This document shows, piece after piece, positions 16,647 to 27,017 of a stretch of DNA of 38,622 nucleotides. The DNA is taken from positions 1 to 38,622 of the forward strand of contig JBBIPC010000027.1 of NCBI GenBank assembly GCA_037443035.1. The letters run 5' to 3'. The position numbers were made by a program, and so were the translations under genes. Below the pieces are notes generated by a model. That model was not told where the DNA came from, did not search any database, and saw only the letters and a list, made by a program, of their open reading frames with translations. The stretch is from Chthonomonadales bacterium. GTDB taxonomy: Bacteria > Armatimonadota > Chthonomonadetes > Chthonomonadales > CAJBBX01. The number at the start of each line of letters is the position of its first letter. Positions within the stretch are counted from its first letter, which is position 1.

Positions 16647-19569
16647 CCTGGGGCGCCTTCATAGAACCGTCCGCCAGGGCTAGGAAAAGATGGCATAGTC
16701 CTTGGCCCGAGTCTATGGCGAAGGCACGGGTCAGGCCATGTCCCGGCAAGACTCGGACACGCGTGGTGCTGGTGCTCAGGACGAGAGGTTCGGAACTGGC
16801 ACCGGCGTGGCCGAGACGTGCCCCGAGACTAGCGCCCGCAAGGCCAGCCTCCGTGCCACGTTGCCAGCCCGCGAAGTCATGCATGGGCATTCGGAGAGCG
16901 TAGAACCATGACGGCGCCGCCGGACGGTCCACATCGGATCGGAGCCTCATGGTCACATCCACACGAGCGTCGGCACCCATGGCGTAGCGGAGAGCGTAAC
17001 GGACCACCGGAGCGGGCGCTGGGCAGGATTGCACACCGTTCCATGCCCGCTGGCGGAGTGTGCCACTGAAGATCGCAGTGACCCTGTCGCCATCCCTCCC
17101 GAGCCTCAGCCGCGGGTTGGTCTCTCCGTCGGCAGAGGCATACAGATTGCTGGCGAAAAACCCTTGGTCGGCGTAGGCATCTGCCCCCTCGGTGAAGACC
17201 TGCACGTGCCTCTGTTCGGCGTGCATCTCCAATCGGGCCGGTACTCCGCCGTGCCGTCGAGCCAGAGTGAGCCTCACCCTTCCATTGTCCATCCTCACGA
17301 ACCAGGGGTCTATCTCCACCTTGACCGGGCCGCCGCGTATCTCCGGCGGCAACACGCCGTCCATGAGGCCCAGCTCCTCTGCGCGCTGCGCACGTCGCAA
17401 GGTTGGCAAGGCGTCGGCTAGGGTCTCCCCAGTACGCAGCTTCGCGGCATAGTCCTGTTCGATATCGGTGAGCGTTCCCTCGCTCGTTCGTACGGTCCAA
17501 CGTCGCCCTGCGAGCTTCTCCTGTGGTACCGTGGAAGGCTGCCAGCCAGCCGGTTTCAACAGGATGACAACGGGCCGATAGGGAGGGATTGTCATGGAAA
17601 CTCGTGCGCAGGAGGTTTCCAATCGCTTGCCTGCCAGTCCATCCCACGCGGAAGTGAAGCGTGCCGACAGCGTTGCTGGCCATCGGAGCGTGCAAGGCAA
17701 TGGGTCTCCCGTCAGGTTTACCGCGACCACTGCGGCGCCATCTTGCGCCTCACGCAGGAATGCCAGTACGCGCCCATCGGAGGCGTTCACTGCCTCGTAA
17801 TGCGCCGCGCCATGGGTGAAGCATCGTTCCGAGTTGCGGAGCGTTATCCAGCGCCCCAAGTCCTCGCTGTAACCGATCTCCTGTTCCTGCTGTAGCAACG
17901 GAACGCCCTGCATGAAAACCAGAATGGCCATGAGCGCCTGAGATGGCCCCACGCCGAAGTAGTCCGTCGCAGATACCGTGTCGTGCAGTTCGAGAAAGCG
18001 CACCAGTCCCCGCAGGCCACGCTGAGGATATGCCAGACGCTCCCACTCGAGCCATGCGCGGATGTCCGTGATCCACTGCACCAGATCCGGGCGCTGGGTG
18101 ATCTCGCGCATGGCCATGTACAGAGGGTAATCGAAGATCATGTCGGCATTCTTGAAGACGAGAGGGATACCACCTTCCGGCAGAGTGACCGCATGACGAT
18201 GGACACTGCGGAATGCATCCCGGACCACCTCATTCAACTCCAGTCCCCCGAACGCGACGGCAGCGTTGGGACGTGGTGAGGCCCAGTTCGGCGCCTGACC
18301 CCACCCGATGCAGTCCAGCCTAGCTCCATCGAAGCCGAACTCCGTTGCCCATCGGCGCACGACTTGCCGGATACGCTCTTGCCAGATACGGTTCGAAGTA
18401 TCTGCGGCGAGCACCGTCCCACCCCAGACACGGACCGGCTTGCCCTGCCTGTCCCTGCACCAAACTTCGTCTGGCAGGCGTCGCACCTCCTCAGAGTCAG
18501 GATGGATGCCGTATACGACCAGATCAATGAGCACGCGCAGACCTGCTGCGTGGGCAGTACGGATGAAGGTCTCGAGCTGCTCCGGTGACCCGTTTTCGGG
18601 AGCGATTCGGTCGAATGCCGGGAGGGTGTAGACCCAGGGTGGTGGCCAACTCACCGGCATGAGCCAGAGGGTGTTGACGCCTAGCCGTCGGTAGTAGGGC
18701 ACCAGTGCGGTGAGCCGGTCGTAACGGTTACCCCTATCGCCGTCGCCCCAGCTCTCGAGTCTCCCCCAGGGGTGCACCTGGCAAAGTACCGTCCGACCGA
18801 GGTCATCAGGCTGGTCAGGTGGAGGCCCATTGCCGATGGAGTTCGTCAACCGCTGCACGCCCCTGCGGAGTGCTGCCTCGTCACCGGCGATGACCTGGAA
18901 CACTTGCTCTCCGACCTCGAGCGTCTCGCCTGGCTGAAGCCAAGCCAGCGCCTCGAAGGCATGGTCGAAAACGAACCCCTGTCCTGTTCGGATGATCGTC
19001 AAGCGTGCTTGATCGTGGGTGAAACGGTACGCTGCAGCGACAGATAGGCGCGCCGCCGGACTGTGCAGTACGCCCAAGGAGTACTCAGCACGTGTCCACC
19101 CAGCCTCCTTGACGCTCAAGAGAGGCCCCATGCCAGCATCCGGGATCTTGCGAATGGGGAAGTTGCCAGGCACGAGCGCCCAGTCCCGGCCCTCAGACGA
19201 GAAGCGGAGCGCCGGTGAACGCAGTGCAACGCCAGTAACGAGAACTCGGCCGTTGCCATTCCATCGTATCTTTACCCTGCGGGTGATCGTCGTGCCCCGG
19301 ACCGTCGTTACTGTCGTAAGCGTCCACTCACCGACTTGTCGCGTCACGAGTGTAGTGGGACCGCTGCGCTCCAATCCGAGGAGCTTCCATTCAGTGGGAG
19401 GGGGCAGTTGTCCGCCTTCGTAGACGAGGTTCATATCGGCAGTCGGCTCGCCGTAAGTCTTGCCATTCACCAAGATGCTGCGCCAAATGCCGGTTTTCGT
19501 GTCCACCACAGCTGACAAGGATGGGAGGCGAGCTGGCAATGAAGCCGCCACTACGATCCATGCGAACAC
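16582..19569 (-). CDS. Multidomain protein with alpha-amylase (GH13-like) catalytic domain
   Basis: LGVNTLWLMP, AHAAGLRVLIDLV, FGFDGARLD, LPEGG, FLELHDT, QGVPLL; AGGAGG before GTG. Confidence 0.75.
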   Translation of the reverse strand: MFAWIVVAASLPARLPSLSAVVDTKTGIWRSILVNGKTYGEPTADMNLVYEGGQLPPPTEWKLLGLERSGPTTLVTRQVGEWTLTTVTTVRGTTITRRVKIRWNGNGRVLVTGVALRSPALRFSSEGRDWALVPGNFPIRKIPDAGMGPLLSVKEAGWTRAEYSLGVLHSPAARLSVAAAYRFTHDQARLTIIRTGQGFVFDHAFEALAWLQPGETLEVGEQVFQVIAGDEAALRRGVQRLTNSIGNGPPPDQPDDLGRTVLCQVHPWGRLESWGDGDRGNRYDRLTALVPYYRRLGVNTLWLMPVSWPPPWVYTLPAFDRIAPENGSPEQLETFIRTAHAAGLRVLIDLVVYGIHPDSEEVRRLPDEVWCRDRQGKPVRVWGGTVLAADTSNRIWQERIRQVVRRWATEFGFDGARLDCIGWGQAPNWASPRPNAAVAFGGLELNEVVRDAFRSVHRHAVTLPEGGIPLVFKNADMIFDYPLYMAMREITQRPDLVQWITDIRAWLEWERLAYPQRGLRGLVRFLELHDTVSATDYFGVGPSQALMAILVFMQGVPLLQQEQEIGYSEDLGRWITLRNSERCFTHGAAHYEAVNASDGRVLAFLREAQDGAAVVAVNLTGDPLPCTLRWPATLSARFTSAWDGLAGKRLETSCARVSMTIPPYRPVVILLKPAGWQPSTVPQEKLAGRRWTVRTSEGTLTDIEQDYAAKLRTGETLADALPTLRRAQRAEELGLMDGVLPPEIRGGPVKVEIDPWFVRMDNGRVRLTLARRHGGVPARLEMHAEQRHVQVFTEGADAYADQGFFASNLYASADGETNPRLRLGRDGDRVTAIFSGTLRQRAWNGVQSCPAPAPVVRYALRYAMGADARVDVTMRLRSDVDRPAAPSWFYALRMPMHDFAGWQRGTEAGLAGASLGARLGHAGASSEPLVLSTSTTRVRVLPGHGLTRAFAIDSGQGLCHLFLALADGSMKAPQANEELTAEATLEILPLEGTAR

Positions 19570-19610
19570 GTTGGGAATGCCTCCTATGGAGTGACGAGGG
19601 AGACGGCGGT

Positions 19611-21065
19611 CTACCCGCTGGTGCCTTCCGACTTTGCCTGGTTCCAGACTGCATCCATCTCGTCGAGCGTCATGGAGCGCAGTTCGCGTCCCGATGACCG
19701 CGCCTCCTCCTCGATGCGACGAAAGCGCGCCTGAAACCTACCCAGCATCTGTCGGAGGGCGTCCTCTGGGTCCACATCCGACCATCTCGCGAGGTTCGTC
19801 ACGGCGAAGAGCAGGTCACCGATCTCGTGCAAGATACTGTCGCGCTCTCCAGAGGCTAGGCTTCGGCGAAGTTCCTCTAGCTCCTCTTCCACTTTCGCCA
19901 TGACGTCCTCGATGCGCTCCCAATCGAACCCGACGGCCGCCGCCCGGCGCCCGAGCTCGGCCGCCCTGTGAAGTGCCGGCAGCGATGCAGGAACACCGTC
20001 GAGTACAGACGTACGCTCGTCTTTTTCCGCCTGCTTGATCGCCTCCCAGTTCCTTTCGACGGCCTGGGGATCCGCTGCGGAGGCATCGCCGAACACGTGA
20101 GGATGCCGTCGTATGAGCTTCTCCACAATGGTCTGGACCACATCATCCGCATCGAAAACCCCTGTCTCCGAGGCTATCTGCGCATGGAAAACAATCTGCA
20201 GGAGGACGTCACCGAGCTCTTCGCAGAGTCCGTCGAGATCGCCGCGGTCTATGGCGTCCACTGCCTCATAGCTCTCCTCGATGAGCCATTTGCGAAGGCT
20301 CTCGTGGGTCTGCTGCCGGTCCCACGGGCAGCCGTCCTCGGCCCTCAGTCGTCGCATGACCTCCACGAGGTCCCCGAACGTCTTCTTGCGACGATCCAGA
20401 GGCACGGCTGGCACGTAGACTGACGTCAGGTGGTCGGCAGCAACGTGGTCCAGACGGTGCAGTGGCACACGGAGCACTTCCTGGCATCCAGGTGTGCCGG
20501 CCCAGCGTATGACCAGGACCTCCATGTCGTCGGGATGGTCCCGGAGAAGAGCAAGCTTCGCACGCGAAGCCGAATCGCGGTCATACACCTGGTAGATCAG
20601 TAGGGGTACGTCCACAGGCATTGCCAGCTGCTCGATGCTCAACGCGTCGAGCACAACGAGCGCTTCGTCGAGGGGTATGCCGGCCGCTGCGAGTACGGGC
20701 TCGATAAAGCTCTCGGACCCCACGATCTCGACGTCCAGGCCCTGTCCGCGGGCCAGCTTCAGTACTCGATGGGAGGTCTCTTCGCCAACTAGCGGATGGC
20801 CCGGTACGGCGTAGACTACGTCGCTGCCCGACTTCGCGGCCTGGAGGACACGCTGGGCGATGGCCTCGTAGACGCTGTCGAAGTCGTCTAGCGTCTCGTA
20901 AAGGTCATCGCAAGTGGCATACGTTACGCCGGTACGTTTCAGAAACTCGACGGCGGGATGGCGCTCGGTGCGAAGGACGATCGGTAGACTCGAGAGCAGC
21001 CGCTGGCGGGCGGCCAGGGACATGCTCTCCTCGCCACCGGGACCCAGTCCAACGAGAAAGATCAT
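19611..21065 (-). CDS. mazG: YabN-type fusion: tetrapyrrole methylase-like domain plus MazG NTP pyrophosphohydrolase
   Basis: VGLGPG, YAVPGHP, GCPWDRQQTH, EELGDVLLQ, KLIRRHPHVFG, EIGDLLFA. Confidence 0.93.
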   Translation of the reverse strand: MIFLVGLGPGGEESMSLAARQRLLSSLPIVLRTERHPAVEFLKRTGVTYATCDDLYETLDDFDSVYEAIAQRVLQAAKSGSDVVYAVPGHPLVGEETSHRVLKLARGQGLDVEIVGSESFIEPVLAAAGIPLDEALVVLDALSIEQLAMPVDVPLLIYQVYDRDSASRAKLALLRDHPDDMEVLVIRWAGTPGCQEVLRVPLHRLDHVAADHLTSVYVPAVPLDRRKKTFGDLVEVMRRLRAEDGCPWDRQQTHESLRKWLIEESYEAVDAIDRGDLDGLCEELGDVLLQIVFHAQIASETGVFDADDVVQTIVEKLIRRHPHVFGDASAADPQAVERNWEAIKQAEKDERTSVLDGVPASLPALHRAAELGRRAAAVGFDWERIEDVMAKVEEELEELRRSLASGERDSILHEIGDLLFAVTNLARWSDVDPEDALRQMLGRFQARFRRIEEEARSSGRELRSMTLDEMDAVWNQAKSEGTSG

Positions 21066-21138
21066 CGCGACTCTGCATGCAGGGTGTAGCGACCGGGCTC
21101 CGTGTCGCCACGCGCGGTGCCAACCCTGGCTGAAACTG

Positions 21139-22188
21139 TCAGCGGCCTCCCGTTCCGCCGGACGGAGGAGCAGGGGTCCCCTGTGGGCCGCCCTGCACCG
21201 GTGATGGTACAGGGACGGAAGCGCTCTCCTTGAGCTGTTTGCCGATTTCCTCGTAGCCCTTGAGCGTCACTTCGATCTTGGCATCTTTCACGTAGTCGCG
21301 CATGAGGATCATCACGCGCTGGCCCGCTGTTGGATCCTTGCTGGCAATGACACGACCCAGCAGGTCATACCGAATATCGCTGAGAGGGATTTGGCGGGCT
21401 TCCTTGATCTCCACCAATTGTACGAGGAACCAGTGAGGCGGCGCCGCAGGCTGATTCGGGACGCGTGGTGCCTCCACGCGCACGGGTTCCTTCGTGTATT
21501 CCCCAGGTTTCAGATTCTTGATGGCCGAGCGGAGCACCGGCGGCATGGCTGGCTCCGGCAGGAACCCCGTGTCACCGCTCCGGGACCGAAGAGACGGATC
21601 GTCGGAGTCGGTCAGGGCGACCGTCTCGAACGATATCCCCTTTTTCAGCTTTTCGGCAGCGGCTTTCGCCTTAGCCTCGTTGTTCACCTCCACGATCCTG
21701 AGGTGGTACTGCTTGGGTTCGACGAGACGCGACTTGAGCTTGTCATACTCGGCCTGGATCTCTGCGTCCGTAATGTTCAGAGGTTTCGCCATGAGATTCC
21801 GCACAGCGACCTGGAGGCGGGCATCTCGCTTGGCCATTTCCTCCGTCCGATAGGGGCTGGCGCCGACCGCCTGGGGATAGCGGCGCGCGAACGCCAGGTA
21901 CTCGTTGACCTGGGCATCCGTCGGCGTAGCGCCCTTGCTCGCGGCAAGCTGGAGGATGAGTTTCTCTGTGAGCAACGCTCGCATGGCGAACTCACCAGCT
22001 CGCGCGGGGCCACGCGATTGAGCGGAGTTGCTCAGCTCCAAGGCGTCCACCTGCGCCATCCGGGAGTAGAATTCTTCCTCCGTGATGGTGTCGTTATTGA
22101 CACGTGCGGCGATCTTCGGCCCTCCGCAACCTGCAAGGACGGTCGCCAGGGCAATGAGTACCAGGGCTGCTAAAGTAATGGTTCGCAA
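21139..22188 (-). CDS. PrsA/SurA-like parvulin-type foldase lipoprotein
   Basis: Lipobox LAGC; ARVNNDTIT; SFETVALTDSDD...GDTGF...LKPGEY; GGGAGG before TTG. Confidence 0.8.
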   Translation of the reverse strand: MRTITLAALVLIALATVLAGCGGPKIAARVNNDTITEEEFYSRMAQVDALELSNSAQSRGPARAGEFAMRALLTEKLILQLAASKGATPTDAQVNEYLAFARRYPQAVGASPYRTEEMAKRDARLQVAVRNLMAKPLNITDAEIQAEYDKLKSRLVEPKQYHLRIVEVNNEAKAKAAAEKLKKGISFETVALTDSDDPSLRSRSGDTGFLPEPAMPPVLRSAIKNLKPGEYTKEPVRVEAPRVPNQPAAPPHWFLVQLVEIKEARQIPLSDIRYDLLGRVIASKDPTAGQRVMILMRDYVKDAKIEVTLKGYEEIGKQLKESASVPVPSPVQGGPQGTPAPPSGGTGGR

Positions 22189-22228
22189 GATATGCCTCCC
22201 GGTGAATGGCGTTGCTCGACAGCTTACG

Positions 22229-22258
22229 AGTATGACACGGCACGACTACGGCCGTCAA
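22229..22258 (-). promoter_or_regulatory. Putative sigma70 promoter for the foldase-mazG unit
   Basis: Minus strand TTGACG, 18 bp spacer, TGtCATACT extended -10. Confidence 0.5.
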
Positions 22259-22290
22259 ACACGCGCAGGCCAGGCGCGCCGTTGGATCGC

Positions 22291-22836
22291 CTACCGGAAG
22301 TCGCGCCACTCGCCGTTCTCGTCTTGGTACTCGATCTTGATGACCGAGCTGACCGTTGCCCGTTGCTTGCCGACGAGGCCCTGGACCCGAAGCTTCGGTG
22401 GCGCGTCCTGAAGGTATGTGGCTGGCAGGCGCGTGCCGGTGTACATGGCGAGCGAAAGGAGGCCCTTGCGGCTCAGCACCCAGCGAGGCTTCCCTTTGCT
22501 ACCCAGGGTCACGAGGCACCTGACGCCACCTCGCGCGCAGACCTGGGCGTCCTTGGCTGAGATGACCTTATCCGTCGAGTCCACCAGCACGCAGGTTGCC
22601 GATCTCTTGCCAGACTTCATCGCCGTGACGAAATACCCTTCGACGCTCACGTTCGTACCAGCAGGACGCTTGGCCTGAATGAACTCCGAGACGGTGACGA
22701 AACGGTTGTGCGGCTTCGGCGGTGCTACGGTGTTCTTCTTCGTATCGCCCAGCCCTGCGGAGGCGAATGTGACTAGAGCGACGGCACCCAGGATACTACC
22801 TGCAGCCGTGAACGTTCGAGAATGACAGTTCACCAT
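22291..22836 (-). CDS. Hypothetical exported basic protein, possibly OB-fold-like
   Basis: Hydrophobic N-terminal signal, purine-rich RBS, fills the gap between genes; VSVEGYFV...LVDS and LRVQG strands. Confidence 0.6.
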   Translation of the reverse strand: MVNCHSRTFTAAGSILGAVALVTFASAGLGDTKKNTVAPPKPHNRFVTVSEFIQAKRPAGTNVSVEGYFVTAMKSGKRSATCVLVDSTDKVISAKDAQVCARGGVRCLVTLGSKGKPRWVLSRKGLLSLAMYTGTRLPATYLQDAPPKLRVQGLVGKQRATVSSVIKIEYQDENGEWRDFR

Positions 22837-22905
22837 GACTTCCTACCTTCCTCTCTCCATGCGGGTCCCGCCCCATCATGCCATAATCGTGGCCAGAACC
22901 CCACT

Positions 22906-25197
22906 ATGATAGCCCTTTCCGGTCCGACGTTCCGCCACCAAACTACGCTCAGCATCCTCATCTTGATCGCGTGCTTCTGGACCGCCTCTGCCCTGTCCGG
23001 CACGAAGGAAGGCCCGGAGGCTCTCTTCCCCGACTCCAGCATAGTGGATTTCAGCTTCCTCCTGGATCCTCCCGCTGGTAAGCACGGCTTCCTCGGAGTC
23101 AGCGCCAACGGCCAGTTCCGGTGGCCCAATGGCAAGCGCGCTCGGTTCTGGGGTGTGAATATCAGCAACCAGAGCGTTTTCGTGGATGCGGCGACTGTGG
23201 ATCGCGTGGTCGCCACACTGGCCAGAGCCGGTGTGAACATGGTTCGATTCGAAGCGTTGGATGCGGATGGTGGTCTGCTCGAAGACTCCGCGGGCCGGCC
23301 TTTGCGGTCGCCCGATCCCACCAAGCTCCTCATGCTGGACTACTGGACATGGCAACTCCGACAGCGGGGCATCTACTACTACTTCGATCTGCTCGATCTT
23401 CGTACGTTCCGCGAAAGCGACGGCGTGCCCGACGCTGCGCTGCTTGGCCGCGCGGCAAGGCCTTATGCTATGTTCGATCCCCAGCTCATCGCGCTGCAGA
23501 AGGAGTACGCGGAAGGTCTCCTGCTGCACAGAAACCCCCACTCGGGTCTTCGATATGTAGATGATCCTGCGTTGGCGCTCGTGGAGATCTGCAACGAGAG
23601 TGGCTTCTTCCTACGACCAGGTGCCCTGGAGCGCATGCCTCCGCGAGTTGGCGCGCTGCTGCAAGGCCGCTGGAATGCCTGGCTCCTTGCCAGGTACGGA
23701 TCCAGGGAGCGATTGGTGGCCGCATGGACGCTGAGAGACGCCCCCGGAGCTGTCCTCGACGAGACGGAAGATCCCGCCAGGGGCTCGGTCCGGACACCCG
23801 TGCTCTGTGGTGGCGGGACTGTGGCTGGCGATGCGCGCTTGTCCGAGGCGCGGTACCGCGATGGCGCTCGGTTTCTTGCAGAGGTGCAAGAGGGCTATTT
23901 CCGAGAGATGCGGGCTTACTTGCGCTCGATCGGGCTGAAAGTGCCCCTCACGGGTGTGACATCACATCAGTTCCTTGGCGACACTGTCGCATCTTTGCCG
24001 CTGGACTTCACAGCCGGGAACTACTACTGCGACCATCCAGCCTTTCAGACCGGCGACTGGCAAGGCGCTCTCCATTTCTCCGATGCGAATCCTCTCAGGG
24101 AAATCGGCATCAACCGGAGCGCGCCCACGGTCGCAGCTCTCCGATGGGGGCGCCGTCCCGTCGTCATCCGCGAATGGGCCCAGCCCTGGCCCAATCGGTA
24201 CCGGTGCGTCGCACCCGGGGAGATGGTTGCCTACGGCTCTCTGCAAGACGCCGACGGTTTCCTACTGTTCGGATACCACGTGGCTCCACGACCTGACGTT
24301 CTTGGGGATTTCGATCATCAGGCCGATCCTCCAGTGTGGGGCCTCATGGGTCCGGCAGCCCTGACGTACCTGCGGGGGGACGTTCGCCCTTCGCCCACTA
24401 GCATTGCACTGCGGTATCCGGCAGCAGACGTGCTCCGTGCGCCAGGTACCGTCGGCGATGTGCTGAAGCTCGCTTGGCATGTGCGCGTGCGGAGCGTCTT
24501 CGAGGACTGGCCTGGGGCAGAAAGCTGGAAGCCTTCATGGCCTGCGACAATGCAACCAGAGGAGGGTATGAGAAGCCTGCGATCTCAGAAGCTTCCGGCT
24601 GGGTCCTGGGATGGTAGTGTGGCCGTCAGTTCTACGGGAGAGATTGTGCGGCGCACGGACAGGGGCGTTCTGATAGTCCGCACGCCACGCACGGTGGTGA
24701 TTTCGGGCGAGATCGGCGGCTCCACATGGACGGCAGGTCCGCTCCGATTGTTCACACGTTCACCGGTCGGCACCGTGTGGGCTGTCTCGCTGGACGGTCT
24801 TCCCCTGTCGTCCTCCCGAAGGTTCCTGGTGAAGATGGTTACGAACGCCACGAACACGGATCAACGGGTGACCAGGGCGGGGGTCGGTGCGCCCGCCCCA
24901 TATCGTCTCGTTTCGTCGGGGCGGGCTCCAGTGATGACGAGTGGTTCCATGACACCCGGTGGTCTGAGATTGGCGCTGAACAACAGGCTCATCCTAGCTT
25001 TCGATCTCGTAGGAGGTATGTGGGAGCTCCTCGTGGATGGCAATCGAGCTTCGCTGTTCTGCGACACGAGAGGCGCGACAGGGTCCGTCTTCGGCCACAG
25101 GGTGACTGTCACAGCCGGGCGTGTCATCACGGTACAGCTAGCGAAGGATAGACACGTATCGTCGCCGAACACGAGGACAGGGAAGGACCACCGATGA
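22906..25197 (+). CDS. Secreted clan GH-A (GH5-like) glycoside hydrolase-like protein
   Basis: PAGKHGF, RFWGVN, GVNMVRF, NPHSGLRYVDDPALALVEICNE (acid/base), VVIREW (putative nucleophile). TGcCATAAT at 22879-22887 upstream of ATG 22906. Confidence 0.7.
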   Translation: MIALSGPTFRHQTTLSILILIACFWTASALSGTKEGPEALFPDSSIVDFSFLLDPPAGKHGFLGVSANGQFRWPNGKRARFWGVNISNQSVFVDAATVDRVVATLARAGVNMVRFEALDADGGLLEDSAGRPLRSPDPTKLLMLDYWTWQLRQRGIYYYFDLLDLRTFRESDGVPDAALLGRAARPYAMFDPQLIALQKEYAEGLLLHRNPHSGLRYVDDPALALVEICNESGFFLRPGALERMPPRVGALLQGRWNAWLLARYGSRERLVAAWTLRDAPGAVLDETEDPARGSVRTPVLCGGGTVAGDARLSEARYRDGARFLAEVQEGYFREMRAYLRSIGLKVPLTGVTSHQFLGDTVASLPLDFTAGNYYCDHPAFQTGDWQGALHFSDANPLREIGINRSAPTVAALRWGRRPVVIREWAQPWPNRYRCVAPGEMVAYGSLQDADGFLLFGYHVAPRPDVLGDFDHQADPPVWGLMGPAALTYLRGDVRPSPTSIALRYPAADVLRAPGTVGDVLKLAWHVRVRSVFEDWPGAESWKPSWPATMQPEEGMRSLRSQKLPAGSWDGSVAVSSTGEIVRRTDRGVLIVRTPRTVVISGEIGGSTWTAGPLRLFTRSPVGTVWAVSLDGLPLSSSRRFLVKMVTNATNTDQRVTRAGVGAPAPYRLVSSGRAPVMTSGSMTPGGLRLALNNRLILAFDLVGGMWELLVDGNRASLFCDTRGATGSVFGHRVTVTAGRVITVQLAKDRHVSSPNTRTGKDHR

Positions 25198-26021
25198 GCC
25201 AAGCACTGGCGTTCATCAAGATGCAGGGCGTGGGTAACGACTTCGTCCTAGTGGATGCGCGCGGCGGGCCGAAGCATGAGTGGCCGAGTCTTGCTCGCCG
25301 ACTGTGCGATCGGCATTTCGGGGTGGGCGCGGATGGACTCCTGCTCGTGACGCAGGAAGAGGGTGCCGATGTAGGCATGCGCATGTTCAACCCTGACGGG
25401 ACGGAGGATTTCTGCGGCAACGGCCTACGCTGCGTAGCACGCTATGTGGCTGACGGTCAACCGCAGCGGCGGAACCTGAGCATCGCGACGATCGCAGGAC
25501 TGCGTGCTGCGCGCATTCTCGACGACGGTCAGGTGCAGGTGGAGATGCAGCAACCAGCGTTCCACCCATCGGACATACCCATGCTCGTGGAAGGTGATCG
25601 CGTTGTGGACTACGACCTCCCGCTGGAAGGAGGCCCGATCCGCATCACTGCACTGTCCACCGGCTCGACGCACGCCGTCGCCTTCGTGGACGACTTGCCG
25701 GATGACGAGACGTTCCTGCGGATCAGCCCGCTGGTGGAAAACCATCCTTTCTTTCCCGAGAGAACCAGCGTGATGTGGACCCGTGTGTCCGACCGGCACA
25801 GCATTCGGCTCCGGATCTGGGAGCGTGGCGCGGGAGAAACACTGGGCTGCGGGACGGGTGCATGCGCGGCTATGGCGGCAGCACGCGTCCAGGGATTGGT
25901 GGACTCGGAGGTCACGGTCTCCTCACGCGGCGGCGAGGTGATGGTGCAGTGGGAGCCCGGCGGCAAACTGCTCAAGACAGGTCCCGCGGAGTACGTTTTC
26001 GAGGGCCGGTTCATCTGGTGA
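25194..26021 (+). CDS. dapF: Diaminopimelate epimerase
   Basis: KMQGVGNDF, GADG, FCGNGLRC, ERGAGETLGCGTG with both catalytic Cys; ATGA overlap. Confidence 0.96.
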   Translation: MSQALAFIKMQGVGNDFVLVDARGGPKHEWPSLARRLCDRHFGVGADGLLLVTQEEGADVGMRMFNPDGTEDFCGNGLRCVARYVADGQPQRRNLSIATIAGLRAARILDDGQVQVEMQQPAFHPSDIPMLVEGDRVVDYDLPLEGGPIRITALSTGSTHAVAFVDDLPDDETFLRISPLVENHPFFPERTSVMWTRVSDRHSIRLRIWERGAGETLGCGTGACAAMAAARVQGLVDSEVTVSSRGGEVMVQWEPGGKLLKTGPAEYVFEGRFIW

Positions 26022-26067
26022 GACCTAATGGCAAGCAGATGACCGCATACCGGGAGGCCGCAACTCT

Positions 26068-26964
26068 GTGACGCGTCGAAGTCGCCGCGAGTTGCTCATG
26101 GGACTCGCGTTCATCTCGCCGTGGCTCGTGGGGTTCTTCGCCCTGACCCTGTACCCCATCCTTGCGTCTCTCTACTACAGCTTCTGCGAGTACCGTGTCC
26201 TGACGCCCCCACGATGGGTAGGTTTTCGCAACTACGTGGAGCTGTTCACCGATCGCGATTACTTCCTGCCATCGCTGGCGAACACGGCATTCATGTTCAT
26301 CGAGCTGCCCATCGCGTTGGTCCTCTCGGTGGGCATCGCGCTGCTCTTGAACCAGCGATTGCGGGGCATGCCGATCTTCCGCACCCTCTACTATCTGCCA
26401 TCCGTGGTTCCGACCGTCGCGGCGTCCATTCTGTGGTTGTGGCTACTGAATCCAGAATATGGCCTCGTCAACAAGACGCTGGAGTGGCTGCATCTGCCTA
26501 CCACGGAGTGGCTTCAGAGCCCCATATGGTCCAAGCCTGCCTTCATCGTGCTGGACCTGTGGATGATCGGCGGAGGCATCGTCATCTACCTTGCAGCCCT
26601 CCAAGGCGTGCCCGAACACCTCTATGAAGCGGCTGAGCTCGATGGAGCGTCCGCCTGGCGCAAGACCTGGCACATCACGCTGCCGAGTATCTCGCCGGTT
26701 ATCTTCTTCAACCTCATACTCGGCATCATCGGCACGTTCCAGTACTTCACCCAGGCGTTTCTCATGACGGGCGTACCGCCAGGCGGGCCCGCGAACTCCA
26801 CGCTGTTCTACGCGCTCTATCTCTTTCAGAACGCGTTCACGTACTTCCGCATGGGCTACGCATGCGCCATGGCTTGGGTACTGTTCATCCTCACCCTCGT
26901 CGCCACGCTTCTGATCTTCCGCACTTCGGCTCGCTGGGTCTACTACGAAGGAGACGCCCGCTAG
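26068..26964 (+). CDS. Carbohydrate ABC transporter permease (CUT1, first permease type)
   Basis: FISPW, VGFRNY, FRTLYYLPSV, EAA motif LYEAAELDGAS, MGYACAMAW. Confidence 0.93.
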   Translation: MTRRSRRELLMGLAFISPWLVGFFALTLYPILASLYYSFCEYRVLTPPRWVGFRNYVELFTDRDYFLPSLANTAFMFIELPIALVLSVGIALLLNQRLRGMPIFRTLYYLPSVVPTVAASILWLWLLNPEYGLVNKTLEWLHLPTTEWLQSPIWSKPAFIVLDLWMIGGGIVIYLAALQGVPEHLYEAAELDGASAWRKTWHITLPSISPVIFFNLILGIIGTFQYFTQAFLMTGVPPGGPANSTLFYALYLFQNAFTYFRMGYACAMAWVLFILTLVATLLIFRTSARWVYYEGDAR

Positions 26965-27017
26965 CGGCGGCCAGGTTGTCCGTCGGCACTACGACTGGAC
27001 TGCAGGACAAACGATAG

